Positions 29,584 through 41,683 of a stretch of DNA of 64,000 nt are shown piece by piece. This stretch comes from an uncultured Pseudobdellovibrionaceae bacterium (GTDB lineage: Bacteria > Bdellovibrionota > Bdellovibrionia > Bdellovibrionales > UBA1609), in assembly GCA_963803705.1 (NCBI GenBank), contig CAWDNU010000001.1:128001-192000 (forward strand). Direction: 5' to 3'. Position 1 is the first letter of the stretch. Every line of letters starts with the position of its first letter. Under the pieces are notes generated by a model. That model saw nothing but the letters and a program-made list of their open reading frames with translations, had not been told where the DNA came from and did no database searches. The translations under genes and the position numbers were made by a program.

Positions 29584-31690
29584 TTAATCCAAAAGATCAA
29601 TATAATTTACGCTTAAGCGATAAGGTTCAGAGATAGAAAGTCGTTTAATGGTCTGATAAGTTTGGGTGTTATTTAGCGTTGAGGTCACAACGCCGGCAGG
29701 GACATTGGTAGCAATATACCCCCCTCCGTCGGTTAGCTGCTCTACGATATTGCCCTTTAAATTGAAATAAAAAATCTTTGTATTTTCTGTCTTAGGATAA
29801 ATATCCACAGCGTAAGCGCCTTTTTCAACCCATCCTAAAACTTGAGTTGTCCCGGGCTTCTGGTTTACTTTCTGTTGAGCCAAAACTGACTGTAGCCAAG
29901 ATTTTTTAAAATGAGGCAGTTGAACTGCGGAGCGCCTTCTACCGACAAAAAATCGGGTGGCAATGTAATCCTGACTGAGTGGTTCTACATCCATAACCAT
30001 ATTGCTTGCAGTATCAAAAAACGGAAGCGTGTTAGATTTTCTTCCACCTATATCCCAGATAGAATCTGTGCCGGGGACTGAAAGCCTAGCAGGAACAGAC
30101 TCTTTTTTACCAAAAGCATCAAATGAATAAACGCTTACATTTTTTCTAGGTGCAGTTTCTAAGTGAATAATGCTTGTATGGCCCTGTCTAACAACTACAC
30201 TTTCTAATGGAATATCTGATTGGTTTGTTTTCACAATATGTAAACCTTCAGGGGGATTTACAAAAGCAAAGAAGCCATCAGAACTTGTTGCCTGCAAGTC
30301 AGGATTTGGAATTCTATAACTAAAATACAGCGGCTGAATTTGGCTGAAACTATGAAGCGAAACTTTGACTTCCGATTTTGAATCGCCTCCATTTGAAACT
30401 CTACCCCAAATCACAGATTTGATTTTAGCTTTTTTCAGGTAAGGTTCGATAAGTTGTAAAAATGCCTTCATGTGTTTGTCCGAATGCATGACCGTTTTCA
30501 TTGGTCGACCTGCTTCAGCAATTTGTAGCGAATTCCAATATCCCTTATGAGACGCGGAAACCAAGATTTGCGATCCAGGAGCTAAAGGTAAATTATTTGC
30601 TATTTGGCCTTTTTGATTGGTTATATCAATCGATTCATTACCATCTATATATATTTCAGTGGAATCACCTACCGTAACCTCGTGATCTTCAAAACTTTCA
30701 TAAGACAAAACTTGGCCAATATTTTCTGCGTCTTCCGAGGGGAAAATCTGGATCAAATTCTTTGACTTTAAATTTAATTTTTTCTCTAAAGATAGATTAC
30801 CAATAGCTATAAGTGCACCACTGTCGTGCCTAAGTTCAATGCTTAAAGCCCCCTTAGGCTGTTTAACAGCTATAACGTACTCACCCGTCCAAGCGTTAAC
30901 TTCTCCACGCTCTTGCACCATGCCGTCATAAACACGCTGAATATAAAATTGAAAGCGCTCACCAGGATAAACTGCGCCACCGGCCAATTCAATTTGGCCC
31001 TTCAGGATGTGGGGCCTAATTCTATTAGAATCATCTTTATTTAGTGCATAGGTTGCTAAATTCTGTGGGGTCGCAGATTCGCTCCCGGCTGATGAAAGCT
31101 GTCCAATATTGTTTAAGTTTAAAAAATTAGGTAAAGCTAGGCCTGGTGCACTTGTTGGTAAGTCTTCAGATGCCACGACACCTTGGGTGCTAACTGGTGC
31201 TCCGATCTCAAAATCAACACCGTCAACTTTAATTTTTTTATTATTACTAAGGTTTCTAGGCAGATTCGAAAAATCTTGTGCTTGTTTCAAAGGCTGTAAA
31301 GGTTCAGAAGGCTGTAATGAAATTGTATTTACATCAAATGAATTCTCTAAAAACTCTATAGCTTTAGAGGTCACCGTCTGACTGACTGACTTTGTGATTG
31401 AAACTATAGATACAGCTTCAGACTTTTTTATTTTAAAAGCATTTAATTTAACAACCCTAAGTTCTGAGACACCAGATTTAATCGGCACTAGGTTTGTTTT
31501 AAATGTGCTAATAATCTGGTCACTGCTTGTTTTTATATCAAAGGAATCTTCTAGTGCTGCGAACGCAGGCGAGAATTTTTGAACAAAAATTTTGATGGGT
31601 TTTTGAACACCTTTGAACTCAACATCAGAGTGTTTTCAGAGATAAATATTAATAGATGGAAAAATAAGCCCTAGGCTAATTTTCATGACG
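29584..31690 (-). CDS. Large exported beta-rich hypothetical protein; 5' end frameshifted
   Basis: 634-aa ORF; frame stays open to about 31635 and a hydrophobic leader lies upstream in another frame; start approximate. Confidence 0.65.
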
Positions 31691-31738
31691 TTAATCTCTT
31701 TTGCAAAATCGTTGATTACTCACCTACAAACAGTGTGC

Positions 31739-32209
31739 CTAAAAGACCTTGAAGTCGTCAACCAAGTTGGAATCATCTCGACGTTTATTTAGGTAGGCCT
31801 TTAGCCTAGCCAGAATAATCTTGGCTATCCTTTCGTCATATCCAATCACTGTATAATCTCTTTTGAATTGAGTTGGCGATTCCGCCTCTTCGACGGCAAC
31901 GATCACCTCAATAGTATAAGGTCTTTTATTTCCCCTAATGTATATAAGAGCATACGCTCTTTGGAGTTCATTGGTTGCTTCCTTAATTTTCGTTCCATAT
32001 CTCACAAATGGTACCGATTTGTATTCCCGACTGTCTTTTGAAGCGAAGTTGATTTTTACCGGCAAAGCTTTTATAGTCCCCTGCCTGATCTCCACAATTG
32101 ACCTATTCACTGGTCCATATATAGGTCCACTCATAGCACAACCCCGCCACTAGAAAAGAATAGTCAGAACTAAAGTGAGCCCATAGCCAAACTTCAAACT
32201 GCCGATCAT
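31739..32209 (-). CDS. Hypothetical lipoprotein; 5' end disrupted
   Basis: ORF 31739-32134 preceded by a broken hydrophobic leader and GC lipobox-like end. Confidence 0.55.
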
Positions 32210-32261
32210 GGCCCTTGAATAGGCGAAATATTAATGCCTATCCATTTCTTGACTATTTAGG

Positions 32262-32923
32262 CTACCAGTTTGCTGAAGCACTTGTCGTTCTTCCTGCATC
32301 TTTCAGAAACTGCTCAAGACCTTGGTCAGTAAAGGATGCTTAGTCAGCTGCTTAATCACCTTGTACGGAATCGTCGCTATATCAGCACCGATCATGGCGG
32401 CATCTAGTAGATGCATAGGATGCCTTACACTTGCTACCAATATCTCAGTCATAAAACCGTAGTTATCAAAGATGGTCTTAATTTGAGCCACGGTGTCCAT
32501 TCCAGAAGTCGATATGTCATCCAAACGACCAACAAACGGAGAAACCATTGTGGCCCCGGCTTTAGCCGCAAGAAGGGCCTGTAGCGGGGAAAAGACCAAA
32601 GTGACGTTAGTTTGAATATCTCTGGAGGAAAATTCTCTGACTGCAATCAGTCCATCTTCAGTTAATGGAACTTTAACAACCACATTTTTGGCAATTTTTG
32701 CAAAGCTCAAGACCTTCGTTGATCATACCCTTGGCATCTGTAGAGCATCACCTCTGCGGAGACTGGCCCATCTACAAATTCACAAATGTCACGGATTACG
32801 GTCTTTAATAGGACTCTTTTTTCTTTGGCAATTAAACTTGGGTTTGTAGTAACACCATCAACCCAACCTTTTTCGTGGCCCTCTTTATTTCTTCAAGTTT
32901 GCAGTATCTATAAAAAATTTCAA
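32262..32923 (-). CDS. tal: Transaldolase (TalC/Fsa type), frameshifted in this assembly
   Basis: 'MKFFIDTAN', 'GVTTNPSLI', 'VVKVP', 'NVTLVFS', 'SPFVGRLDD' spread over several frames. Confidence 0.88.
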
Positions 32924-33003
32924 CAGGAATCACTTTTGGTTTAGAATTTACAAGTTTAAATTTTTCTAATTTTAGAGTTTTATAATAGCTCTAGTACCTC
33001 AGT

Positions 33004-33578
33004 CTAGCAGTTCATAGCCAAGTTCCAATCTATTTGGTCAATTAGACTTTTTCCCGTTTGTAGGAACTCAGATCTACTCCCAAATCGCTTGAAGACAAAA
33101 CCAGTATTTAAAGGCTGATTCAGAACCGGATGTACATATGTCACTGGTAAAATTTCCAGACTTGGAAAAGAAATTCAGGTTTTTCAGCCAATCTGGATAA
33201 GGAATTGTTAAATGATTTGGACATTGAGAATTCCGATCTAAAATCTAGAACTTTAACTTTAAAACTTTTCGAGGTCGTGGACATTTCTAGCAGAATTTAA
33301 TCAGCAAATCCCTTGATCTGAGTGGCAAAATCCACTCCTTCCGTCCTCAGACGTCTTTTAGCCTGAAGTATTAGGCTAAAACATAGATGAGTAAAAGGCG
33401 TCGTGTTCTTAATTTCTCCTTTTAACTGCGAAGTTTCAGGAGTAAATTGATAAATTGAGGATATCTTTTCGATAGTTCCAAGATAACTCAGACAATTTAC
33501 AAACTGCTTCGAGCAACTTATGCCTTGGCGTTTCTCCGCGATGACTCCTAAAAGTGAATAATCATGTGACTTTAACAT
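33004..33578 (-). CDS. FolK/HPPK-like protein, divergent and frameshifted
   Basis: 'KISSIY' and, across frames, 'LTIPYP...LEILP..YVHPVLNQPL', resembling the HPPK C-terminus. Confidence 0.5.
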
Positions 33579-34275
33579 CTTTGATAAAGTCCTCCATGCT
33601 GTAAAGTTTAGGTTCGGACTTATCAACAAGCCAAGTAGCAATTTTCAAAGCTCCAGAAGCAAAGACCCTTCTATTTTTAGCCTCATGACTGATTTCGACA
33701 ACCTCATCTTCGGTTTTAAAGGTGACTTTGTGAATTCCAAAGACCTCACTGACCCTTTCTGCATGGATAGGAATGTTCTTCAAATTTAGATTAATCTCGA
33801 TATTTTATGGCGAGTGTAAGGGCCGTACCACTTGGCGAGTCTTTTTTGTGTCATGTGATGCACCTCTGAGATTTCAACTTCCGAGGAATTAAATGCCTCT
33901 GCTGTTTCGATAAACTTGTTAACTAAAGCATTCCCGATACTCATATTTGATGACCAGAACAGTGGTATCTCAAGATTTTTTCCTTCCAACAATTTCTGAA
34001 ACCTTAAGTTCAGTTAAATCCCCAAGTCCGGTGACACCAGAAACCAAAGGAACTTTCTCTGAATTGCACCATTTCAATATGTTGGGAAAACTCTCACTCA
34101 AACTAAAGTCGATCACCACATCAATTTCACTCTTTTGCCAACCATCTTGACCGTTTTCCAACATTTTCTGGCCAGCACTATTCCAAGTGCCTACTAATTG
34201 ATGATGAGAGTTCTCAATAATTTTAACAAGCTCTTGGCCGACTCTTCCCGTATGCCCCGCAATCGCTATTCTCAT
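33562..34275 (-). CDS. dapB: 4-hydroxy-tetrahydrodipicolinate reductase, frameshifted
   Basis: 'IAGHTGRVG', 'VIDFS', 'SSNMSIG', 'EVHH', 'SHEAKNR.VFASGA' in three ORFs. Confidence 0.9.
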
Positions 34276-35155
34276 CTAAGCCTCAAATTTCTTAATTTGC
34301 TCTTCAATACTAGGATAGTGCTTTTCAGATAAAGCTAAAAGAGGAAGTCTGCATTCTGGACTTTCAATTATTCCTTTTAGAATACAGAGCCCACTTTACT
34401 GGTGTAGGATTAGGCTCAACAAAAAGTAAGCTCGTTAAACTGAAGAAGTTCTCTAAATTCTGTGGCCGATTTCATATGATCTTTTTTCGCTAATTGAAGA
34501 GGCGTTTCAAAGTCTTAGGCACCACATGGCTTAGAACTGAAATAGCACCATCACCACCTAATGCAGTAAACTCTACCCCAGTCTCATCATCCCCAGACAG
34601 AAGAGTCCAGTGCTCGAGGCACATTCTTCTTGATATCTAACATGAAGTTAACATCGCCAGAAGCTTCTTTGATCCCAGCGATATTGCTATGCTCAGAAAG
34701 TCTTTTGACGATCTCAAGGCTAGAGAGGTCAAAGTTCTCGAAGGAACATTATAAAGTATAATTGGAGCAGATGAACTATCAGCTACCGCATTAAAGTGTT
34801 GATATAGTCCTTCCTGCGTTGGCTTGTTATAATAAGGAACAACGTCTAGAAATGCTTTGGGTTTCAAATCCTTAAAGGACTTATGAAAATCGATGGTCTT
34901 CTGGGTTGAATTTGAACCCGCACCTAAAATTAAATCTAAGCCTTTCGCTCTAGCTTCAACAAATTTAAAAATCTCCTTAACTTCATCCGTAGACAAACTT
35001 GGACTTTCTGCGGTGGTTCCGTTCACGACAAAGCCATCGATACCATTGGAAGTTTGAAAATCAATTAGTTTTTCAAGAGATGACCAGTCAATTTTATCAT
35101 TTTTGAATGGAGTCACTAGGGCTGTAACGACGCCTGAACTTATTTTTTTGTTCAT
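34276..35155 (-). CDS. dapA: 4-hydroxy-tetrahydrodipicolinate synthase, frameshifted
   Basis: 'TALVTPF', 'NGTTAES', 'PYYNKP', 'LYNVPSRT'; downstream 'LSGDD' and 'EPNPTPVK' in other frames. Confidence 0.92.
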
Positions 35156-35170
35156 TTTCTCTTTCCTTTT

Positions 35171-35284
35171 CTAGAGATCATTTTGATAGTCGTCATAATA
35201 TAAATTGGGATCCTTAGGAGGAATAGGAGCTCCTCTAATTCCACAGTTAGATACAGCTAGATCCATTAAAATTAATAATTTCAT
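35171..35284 (-). CDS. Small lipoprotein, LptM/LppL-like
   Basis: MKLLILMDLAVSN|CGIRGAPIPP matches the CGxxGxxxxP pattern; directly upstream of dapA. Confidence 0.55.
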   Translation of the reverse strand: MKLLILMDLAVSNCGIRGAPIPPKDPNLYYDDYQNDL

Positions 35285-35387
35285 GCTCCGAACATACTGG
35301 TTAGGACGAAGGTTAAAGTTACCCCGCAAAGTGCTAATGAATTCAAACGACTATAGATCTTTGGGTTTGAAGGCTATGTCTAGTTTG

Positions 35388-35529
35388 TCAAGTTTATGTT
35401 TTATAGAGATATTCATATAAAGTTCGACCTCGGCAAGCAGGATCGTTTTTGCCCTAAGGGCAAAATGCCGAGAGGTTGGACTGCCGTGTCGAACTTTATA
35501 TGAATATCTCTATAAAACTATAAACTTGA
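35388..35529. repeat. Long hairpin element B (41/42-bp arms, one indel)
   Basis: 35388-35428 pairs with 35488-35529; inner hairpin TTTTGCCCT-A-AGGGCAAAA. Confidence 0.93.
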
Positions 35530-35563
35530 ACAATCCGAACTCGCTTTCGACAACCATTTAGAT

Positions 35564-37987
35564 CTACAAATCCTTCAAAGAATTAATCAATACTTTTCGG
35601 GGTTTAGAACCATTAGATGGTCCAACAACACCTTGTTGCTCGAAGACCTCAATCATTCGAGCCGCTCTCGGATAACCTAATCTGAATTTTCGCTGAAGCA
35701 TTGAGGCACTGACCTCTTTCATCTCAGAGATCTGCTCGAGAATTTCGTCGTACCTATCATCAAACTCTTCAGACTCATCAGACCACCATCAGAATCCTGT
35801 CGAGTCACCGCCAGAAGACGATCCTTCGACAGCTCTCATCGCTTTATCGTCGTAGCATGGGTCAGACTGATTTCGCCAAATTGAGGTAATGTGCTCTATT
35901 TCTTCCTCAGATACGTAGGCACCGTGAGCTCTTACAGGTTTTGAAACACCCGGAGATTGAAACAACATATCCCCTCTGGATAGCAGTCTTTCGGCACCTG
36001 ATTCATCGAGAATAACTCTTGAATCCATTTTACTTGCCACTTTAAAACTGATTCGCCCTGGAATGTTGGTTTTGATCAAGCCCGTCACCACATCTTTCCT
36101 TGGAGACTGCATCGCTAATACCAAATGGATGCCGCAGGCACGGCCATCTGAGCTAAGCCTAACAACAGCATGCTCAACATTGGATTTATCTACCGCCATT
36201 AAGTCACCAAACTCTTCTACGATAATTACGATGTAAGGAAGTGATTGGAAATAATAACTTTTCATTGGCGCTTCAGAATTGATGATGATCATGAGATCTG
36301 AATGCTCTTGCAGTTCATCTTCGGAAAAACTGGCTACTTTTTCATTGAACCCCTCAAATCTCTGACTTTAAATTTCGACATGGATCGATAACGCTTGTCC
36401 ATTTCATTGATAGCCCACCTAAGTGCATTCACAGCTTTCTTAGAGTCTCTAATCGGTGGGATTAGAAATGTGGAAGATCATTAAAAGCTGCTAAGTCCAC
36501 TTGTTTCGGATCAACCAAAATCAAGCTTTAATTTTCTTGGGCTATGTCTTAATAGAAGACCTGCTATTAATGAAACTACGAAAACAGACTTACCTGAACC
36601 TGTCGAACCAGCAACTAAAAGATGGGGCATTTTTCTTAGATCGACCACACTGGGTAACCATCTGCACGCCGACCTAAACCAATGGGCAAAAGTTTTATAT
36701 CTTCTTTCCAGAAAGTGTCCTAGCCACGATGTCTTTTATAAATACAGTATCTCTTGCAGAATTGGAGGTCTCAATACCTACTACGTCTCGACCAGGAATA
36801 GGAGCAATGATTCGAACAGACTCACTTGCTAGAGCTAAAGATAGATCATCCGCCAATTCGGTTATTTTGCTAATCTTAATATCAGCATTGGGTCTAAATT
36901 CGAAAAGGGTTACAGCTGGACCTGACTTCACGCCGACAATTTTTCCTCTGACTGAAAACTGCTCTAATTTTGAAACTAGCAGATTGGACTTTTCGCGTAT
37001 TTCGTCTTCGCTCATTCCTTCGAATTGTGACGGAGGATCATTAAGCAAATCCAAAGATGGCATTTCCCAGTCTTCATCTTTAACTTTAAAGTTAACTTTA
37101 AGTGTTTTATCTCTTTTAAAAGACTCGATTTTATAAGATTCTTCTTTTTGGTTTTGCCTTCTTATCAACGCCATTTTGACAATCGGATTCAAAGGTACTT
37201 GCTCAACAAGATCGTCTCCCTCGGAATCTTTATCTATAGAAATTTTTGCTGCTCCGTCTGCCGAAGTCTGTGAAAATCCGACTGTAGTGGAACGCAGTTC
37301 AGGGTGTGAGGACCCTACTGAAGAGTCTATGTTGTTATTATGATGTCCACGCCAAAATTTGAAACTAAGACCCAACCTAAGCCGCGGCAAATTCAAATTT
37401 CTAAAGCACGCGCCCAGAAATTTTAAAATAGTGTTTGATTGATTCACTTTTTGAAACACCCTTCCAATAAACTCGTAACTTTTCTTAATAGGATTTTCGA
37501 AAACTAAGGCTATCAAAATTAAATAAGAGAATAAGACGACCAGAAAAGTTCCAGTTTTGTTAAAAGCTCTAAGGGCATTTTCAGAGAGGATTAAGCCCGT
37601 CCAACCACCAGGATTCACTTCTGAGACCAAAAAGATATCATTCCAGTAAAGATGGAAACTCACTGAAGTTAATATAAGGGTTAGAAATCCCAAAGCATAA
37701 CTTTCAATGGAACCCTTACTTGATTTGAAACCTCTAATAGATTGTACAAGAGAAATAGCCACTAAACCGTAAGAAGCATAGCCCAATATCTTAAATCCTA
37801 GGACAGCTAAAAAAGCGCCAAAATGTCCACAAGCATTTTGCACAGGCCTTAAAACTGTTCCAAAGTTTTCAAATAGAACACGGTCACTAGAATCATAGGT
37901 TATCAATGAGACTAGTAAAAATAACCCCACGGATAACCAAGCTAAACCCTTTACTTCTGACTTCACAACTAACCATGGCTTTTTCAT
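35564..37987 (-). CDS. ftsK: DNA translocase FtsK, frameshifted in this assembly
   Basis: N-terminal transmembrane domain; '[15 protein letters not shown]', '[12 protein letters not shown]', gamma domain '[14 protein letters not shown]'. Confidence 0.93.
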
Positions 37988-38082
37988 TCTTTAATTCTAT
38001 TCTGATTCTATAAAAAGATCAGAAACTTAAGCCATCTTCTTGACGAAAGTCCCAGATTAAGAGAGCTACTAAAGATAGCTCA

Positions 38083-38724
38083 ATGTTAAAAATCAACGAA
38101 ATTTTTTTTAGTATTCAAGGTGAAAGCTCATTAGTGGGTCTTCCAACTGTTTTCGTTAGGACCTCGGGGTGCCATTTGCGCTGCACCTACTGTGACACGA
38201 CCTATGCGTATCACGAAGGTCAAAAAATGACGATCACTAAGGTTTTCGAAAAAATAAAATCTTACCCTACTAAACAAGTATGTTTGACTGGTGGTGAACC
38301 TTTGCTTCAAAAAAGCATCTACGAACTTACCCAGCTTTTAATTGAAAATAATTATAACATTTCTGTGGAAACATCTGGAGACATCGATTGCCATAAGTTG
38401 CCAATACAAGTGAAAAAAATCATTGATGTTAAAACCCCGGACAGTGGGGAGCCTGATGCGTTTGATAAAAATAATCTGCTTTTCAACGAAGACCCTGAAA
38501 CAGAATTTAAATTTGTAATCTGTTCTAAGGAAGATGCAAAGTGGGCTTTTAATTTTGTCAAGCAACACAACCTTGCAAAAAAATCTAAGGTCTATTTTAG
38601 TCCCAGCCATGGAAAAATTGCAGCAAATTGGCTGGCTGATGAAATTTTAAAAAATAATTCAAATGTTAGGTTGCAATTGCAGCTGCATAAGTATATTTGG
38701 TCAGAACACGAACGTGGAGTATAA
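38083..38724 (+). CDS. queE: 7-carboxy-7-deazaguanine synthase (radical SAM)
   Basis: 'EIFFSIQGE', CxxxCxxC, 'TGGEP', 'LQLHKYIW'. Confidence 0.92.
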   Translation: MLKINEIFFSIQGESSLVGLPTVFVRTSGCHLRCTYCDTTYAYHEGQKMTITKVFEKIKSYPTKQVCLTGGEPLLQKSIYELTQLLIENNYNISVETSGDIDCHKLPIQVKKIIDVKTPDSGEPDAFDKNNLLFNEDPETEFKFVICSKEDAKWAFNFVKQHNLAKKSKVYFSPSHGKIAANWLADEILKNNSNVRLQLQLHKYIWSEHERGV

Positions 38725-38753
38725 TTTTTAATCACAATTTTAAGGAGCAGAAC

Positions 38754-39065
38754 TTGCAAGAAATCACGCAAAACCCAGATCATTTATTAGTTGCCAATTT
38801 ACAAAATATTAGCCTGGAGCAATTAGTAAAAAGCAAATTGGAAGTTTTATTTGACCAACAAAAAGAAGCCAATGTTGAGATCAACGGTCTTTACGGGTTA
38901 GTGATTGAACAAGTGGAAAAACCACTTATCGAGCTTGCTCTTCGAGTTTACAATGGTAACCAGGTGCGAACAGCCCAGATGCTTGGTATAAACAGAAATA
39001 CTCTTAAAAAGAAAATTGATAACTACAACATAAAAACCAGAACTCGTTCTAAAGCAGTTAATTAG
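38754..39065 (+). CDS. fis: Fis-family DNA-binding protein
   Basis: 'GNQVRTAQMLGINRNTLKKK'; AAGGAG RBS before TTG 38754. Confidence 0.85.
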   Translation: MQEITQNPDHLLVANLQNISLEQLVKSKLEVLFDQQKEANVEINGLYGLVIEQVEKPLIELALRVYNGNQVRTAQMLGINRNTLKKKIDNYNIKTRTRSKAVN

Positions 39066-39234
39066 CTTTGACAGCAGTAGATTGGTTTTTAGAACCAATC
39101 TATACGTAGTGACCCCCACTCTGCCAACTCAGGCTGTTAGCTGGGGCATAAAGCCTACTCATTCCATTGTTTGTTGCGTACGTTTAACCATTCACCTGAA
39201 TTGAAATTAGTTTTGAACCGCGCAAGCTTGAAAA

Positions 39235-40656
39235 TTGGGATATCTTTTGAACCGCACTCCTCCGCACAATATTGAAGCCGAACAAGCCATCCTTGGTGGT
39301 TTGATGCTTGATTCTGACATTTGGGATGACATTGCGAGTTTAGTAGATGCAACTGACTTTTATCGACCAGCGCACCGACTTATATTTGAAGCTATCAAAG
39401 CTTTAAGCCGGAAGGGCCAGAATGCAGATATCGTTGTGCTTTCAAACCATCTGCAGCAGACAGGTAATATGGAGGCCATAGGCGGCAACCGATATTTAGC
39501 TGAACTTATAGAGCACACCTCTTCGACTGTTTATATAGAGCAATATGCAAAAATCGTTAAAGAAAAGTCATTAGTCAGGAAAATGGTTACTACCACTCAA
39601 AAAATTTCTGACGAAGGAATGTCTGAAAGTTACGAAGATGTTGAAAGGTATCTTGAAAAATCTGAATCCGACGTTTTTAACGTTGCTCAAACAGGGTCGA
39701 ATAAGGCTACCCTTACTGATCCAACTGAACTTGTTGAACTTAGTTTAAAAAAGATCGAAGAAACAATGAGCCTGAAGGGGAATATCACCGGGATCTCTAC
39801 TGGGTTTATTGAGTTAGATGACATGACCGCTGGCCTTCACGGTGGAGAACTAATTATAGTTGCTGCACGTCCTTCAATGGGTAAAACCGCATTGGGTTTA
39901 AATTTAGTCTCTCACGCAGCCCTACGCGAGAAAAAATCAGTAGCTTTTTTTTCTGTTGAAATGCCCAAAGAGCAACTTATGATGAGAATTCTTGCCAGTG
40001 AGTCGAAAATCAATATGAGTAAAATTAGAGTAGGGCAAATTGATGACAACAGCTGGAGTCGCCTAATTAATACAGCTGCCAAATTAAGTGAATCTAAACT
40101 TTTTATCAACGATACTAGTGGTATTAGTCCCTTTGAAATCAGATCAATTGCCCGCAAACAAAAGTCTAAGCATGGTCTGGACATGATTGTAATCGATTAC
40201 CTGCAGTTGATGAGTATGAAACAACGAATGGAAAGCAGGGAACGGGAAGTGTCTGAAATATCCAAGTCGTTGAAGGCGCTTTCTAAAGAGCTAGATATAC
40301 CAGTGATTGCATTAGCCCAGCTGAACCGCGGGGTCGAAGGACGTTCAGACAGACGACCCATGCTTTCCGACTTAAGGGAGTCAGGCTCCATCGAGCAGGA
40401 TGCTGACGTAATTATGTTGATTTATCGTGAGGATTACTACGAGAAAGAAAATCCAACCGGTGCCGCAGAACTGATAATTGGTAAGCAAAGAAACGGGCCA
40501 GTGGGCACAGTCAAAGTCCGGTGGGAGCCTTCCATTGGTAGGTTTTCCAATAACATTGAGTCCCAAGTTGGAAATGCCCCAATGCCATCTGCAGATGACT
40601 TTCCATTTGAAAAATCCAAATCTAAAAGTAATAAGAATTTTGCTCCAGGTACTTAG
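39235..40656 (+). CDS. dnaB: Replicative DNA helicase
   Basis: 'PPHNIEAEQ', 'AARPSMGKT', 'IDYLQL', 'DLRESGSIEQDAD'. Confidence 0.97.
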   Translation: MGYLLNRTPPHNIEAEQAILGGLMLDSDIWDDIASLVDATDFYRPAHRLIFEAIKALSRKGQNADIVVLSNHLQQTGNMEAIGGNRYLAELIEHTSSTVYIEQYAKIVKEKSLVRKMVTTTQKISDEGMSESYEDVERYLEKSESDVFNVAQTGSNKATLTDPTELVELSLKKIEETMSLKGNITGISTGFIELDDMTAGLHGGELIIVAARPSMGKTALGLNLVSHAALREKKSVAFFSVEMPKEQLMMRILASESKINMSKIRVGQIDDNSWSRLINTAAKLSESKLFINDTSGISPFEIRSIARKQKSKHGLDMIVIDYLQLMSMKQRMESREREVSEISKSLKALSKELDIPVIALAQLNRGVEGRSDRRPMLSDLRESGSIEQDADVIMLIYREDYYEKENPTGAAELIIGKQRNGPVGTVKVRWEPSIGRFSNNIESQVGNAPMPSADDFPFEKSKSKSNKNFAPGT

Positions 40657-40685
40657 CTGCAGTGAAATTCTAATTAGTTGGACAG

Positions 40686-41336
40686 TTAATTTTGTTTTGC
40701 TACAGCGCTCATTGTTTTTAGCTCAAAATCAAATTCCATGTCGTTCGCTATCACCTTGTCACCAAGACCTTTAAAGAAACTGTCTGACCCGTACCTAACA
40801 TCCCATTTGGTTCTGTCTATTTTAAGTTTACCGAATGCCTTGTGCGCCTTAGCTACCTTATCAATTTTAACATCGAAATCTATTTTCTTGGTTTTATCTT
40901 TTATTTTAAGCTCTCCGATAGCTTTATAAAGATTTAATTCCTTTGCTTTAGATTTTTTATTTACTTTTAGTCGATCGAAGCTTTTTATTTTTAAAATTGC
41001 AGTTGGATATTGAGATACGTCAAAAAAGTCGGGACTGCTTAAGTGCTTAACAAGTTTTTTTCTATATTTTTTATCTTTTACGTCTTTGTTCGTAATAGAC
41101 TTCATATCAATAATAACTTCAGCGCTTTGCGGCTGACCCTTAGAATTGAAGACGACATGACCGTCCTTAATTTTAATAGTTCCGTTGTGCTTATCATTAA
41201 TAAGTTTTTTTTGGCCCATCCAATTGACCACACTTACATCAGTGTCGATATTTTGTTTAACATCGTTAATGGACACGGCAGCTGCACCCAGACTAGGACT
41301 TAACGCGCAAGCAAGAATCAATACAAATATTTTCAC
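40686..41336 (-). CDS. YceI-family periplasmic protein
   Basis: 'SVVNW.G.K', 'HL.SPDFFDV.QYP', 'IDRTKWDVRYGS'; start taken at GTG 41336. Confidence 0.88.
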   Translation of the reverse strand: MKIFVLILACALSPSLGAAAVSINDVKQNIDTDVSVVNWMGQKKLINDKHNGTIKIKDGHVVFNSKGQPQSAEVIIDMKSITNKDVKDKKYRKKLVKHLSSPDFFDVSQYPTAILKIKSFDRLKVNKKSKAKELNLYKAIGELKIKDKTKKIDFDVKIDKVAKAHKAFGKLKIDRTKWDVRYGSDSFFKGLGDKVIANDMEFDFELKTMSAVAKQN

Positions 41337-41473
41337 TTTATCTCCTTTGGGTCTGGCATTACCGCCGGACACTGATAGCTTTTGGGATTCTAAATTTCGA
41401 GGTCTAGTTTACAACCGAAAAGGTATTGACGATATGTTTTTATCGTCCTTCAATACATTTGGAGGAGACAAGG

Positions 41474-41683
41474 ATGGATCTTTCTAGGACAAACTTAAAG
41501 GGCTTACAGCTAGTTGATTTTCTAGCTTACACTATGGGTGATACCAAAAACCACACCCAGTATAGAAGCTTAATTCTTGATGAATTAGAGCGTCAGAATC
41601 TGGATTTAGACAATTTTGATGATGAGCAGCTAAGAAAATTCTCGTTACAGATCCTTTACCGAGCCCTCAGCCAGACTTCTTAA
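41474..41683 (+). CDS. Small hypothetical protein
   Basis: GGAGGA upstream; 69-aa ORF convergent with rplI. Confidence 0.5.
   Translation: MDLSRTNLKGLQLVDFLAYTMGDTKNHTQYRSLILDELERQNLDLDNFDDEQLRKFSLQILYRALSQTS

Noticed and set aside
31600..36720. Programmed frameshifting or an alternative genetic code as the cause of the broken genes
   Set aside because: The breaks are multiple frame changes confined to one segment, and genes elsewhere read normally in code 11
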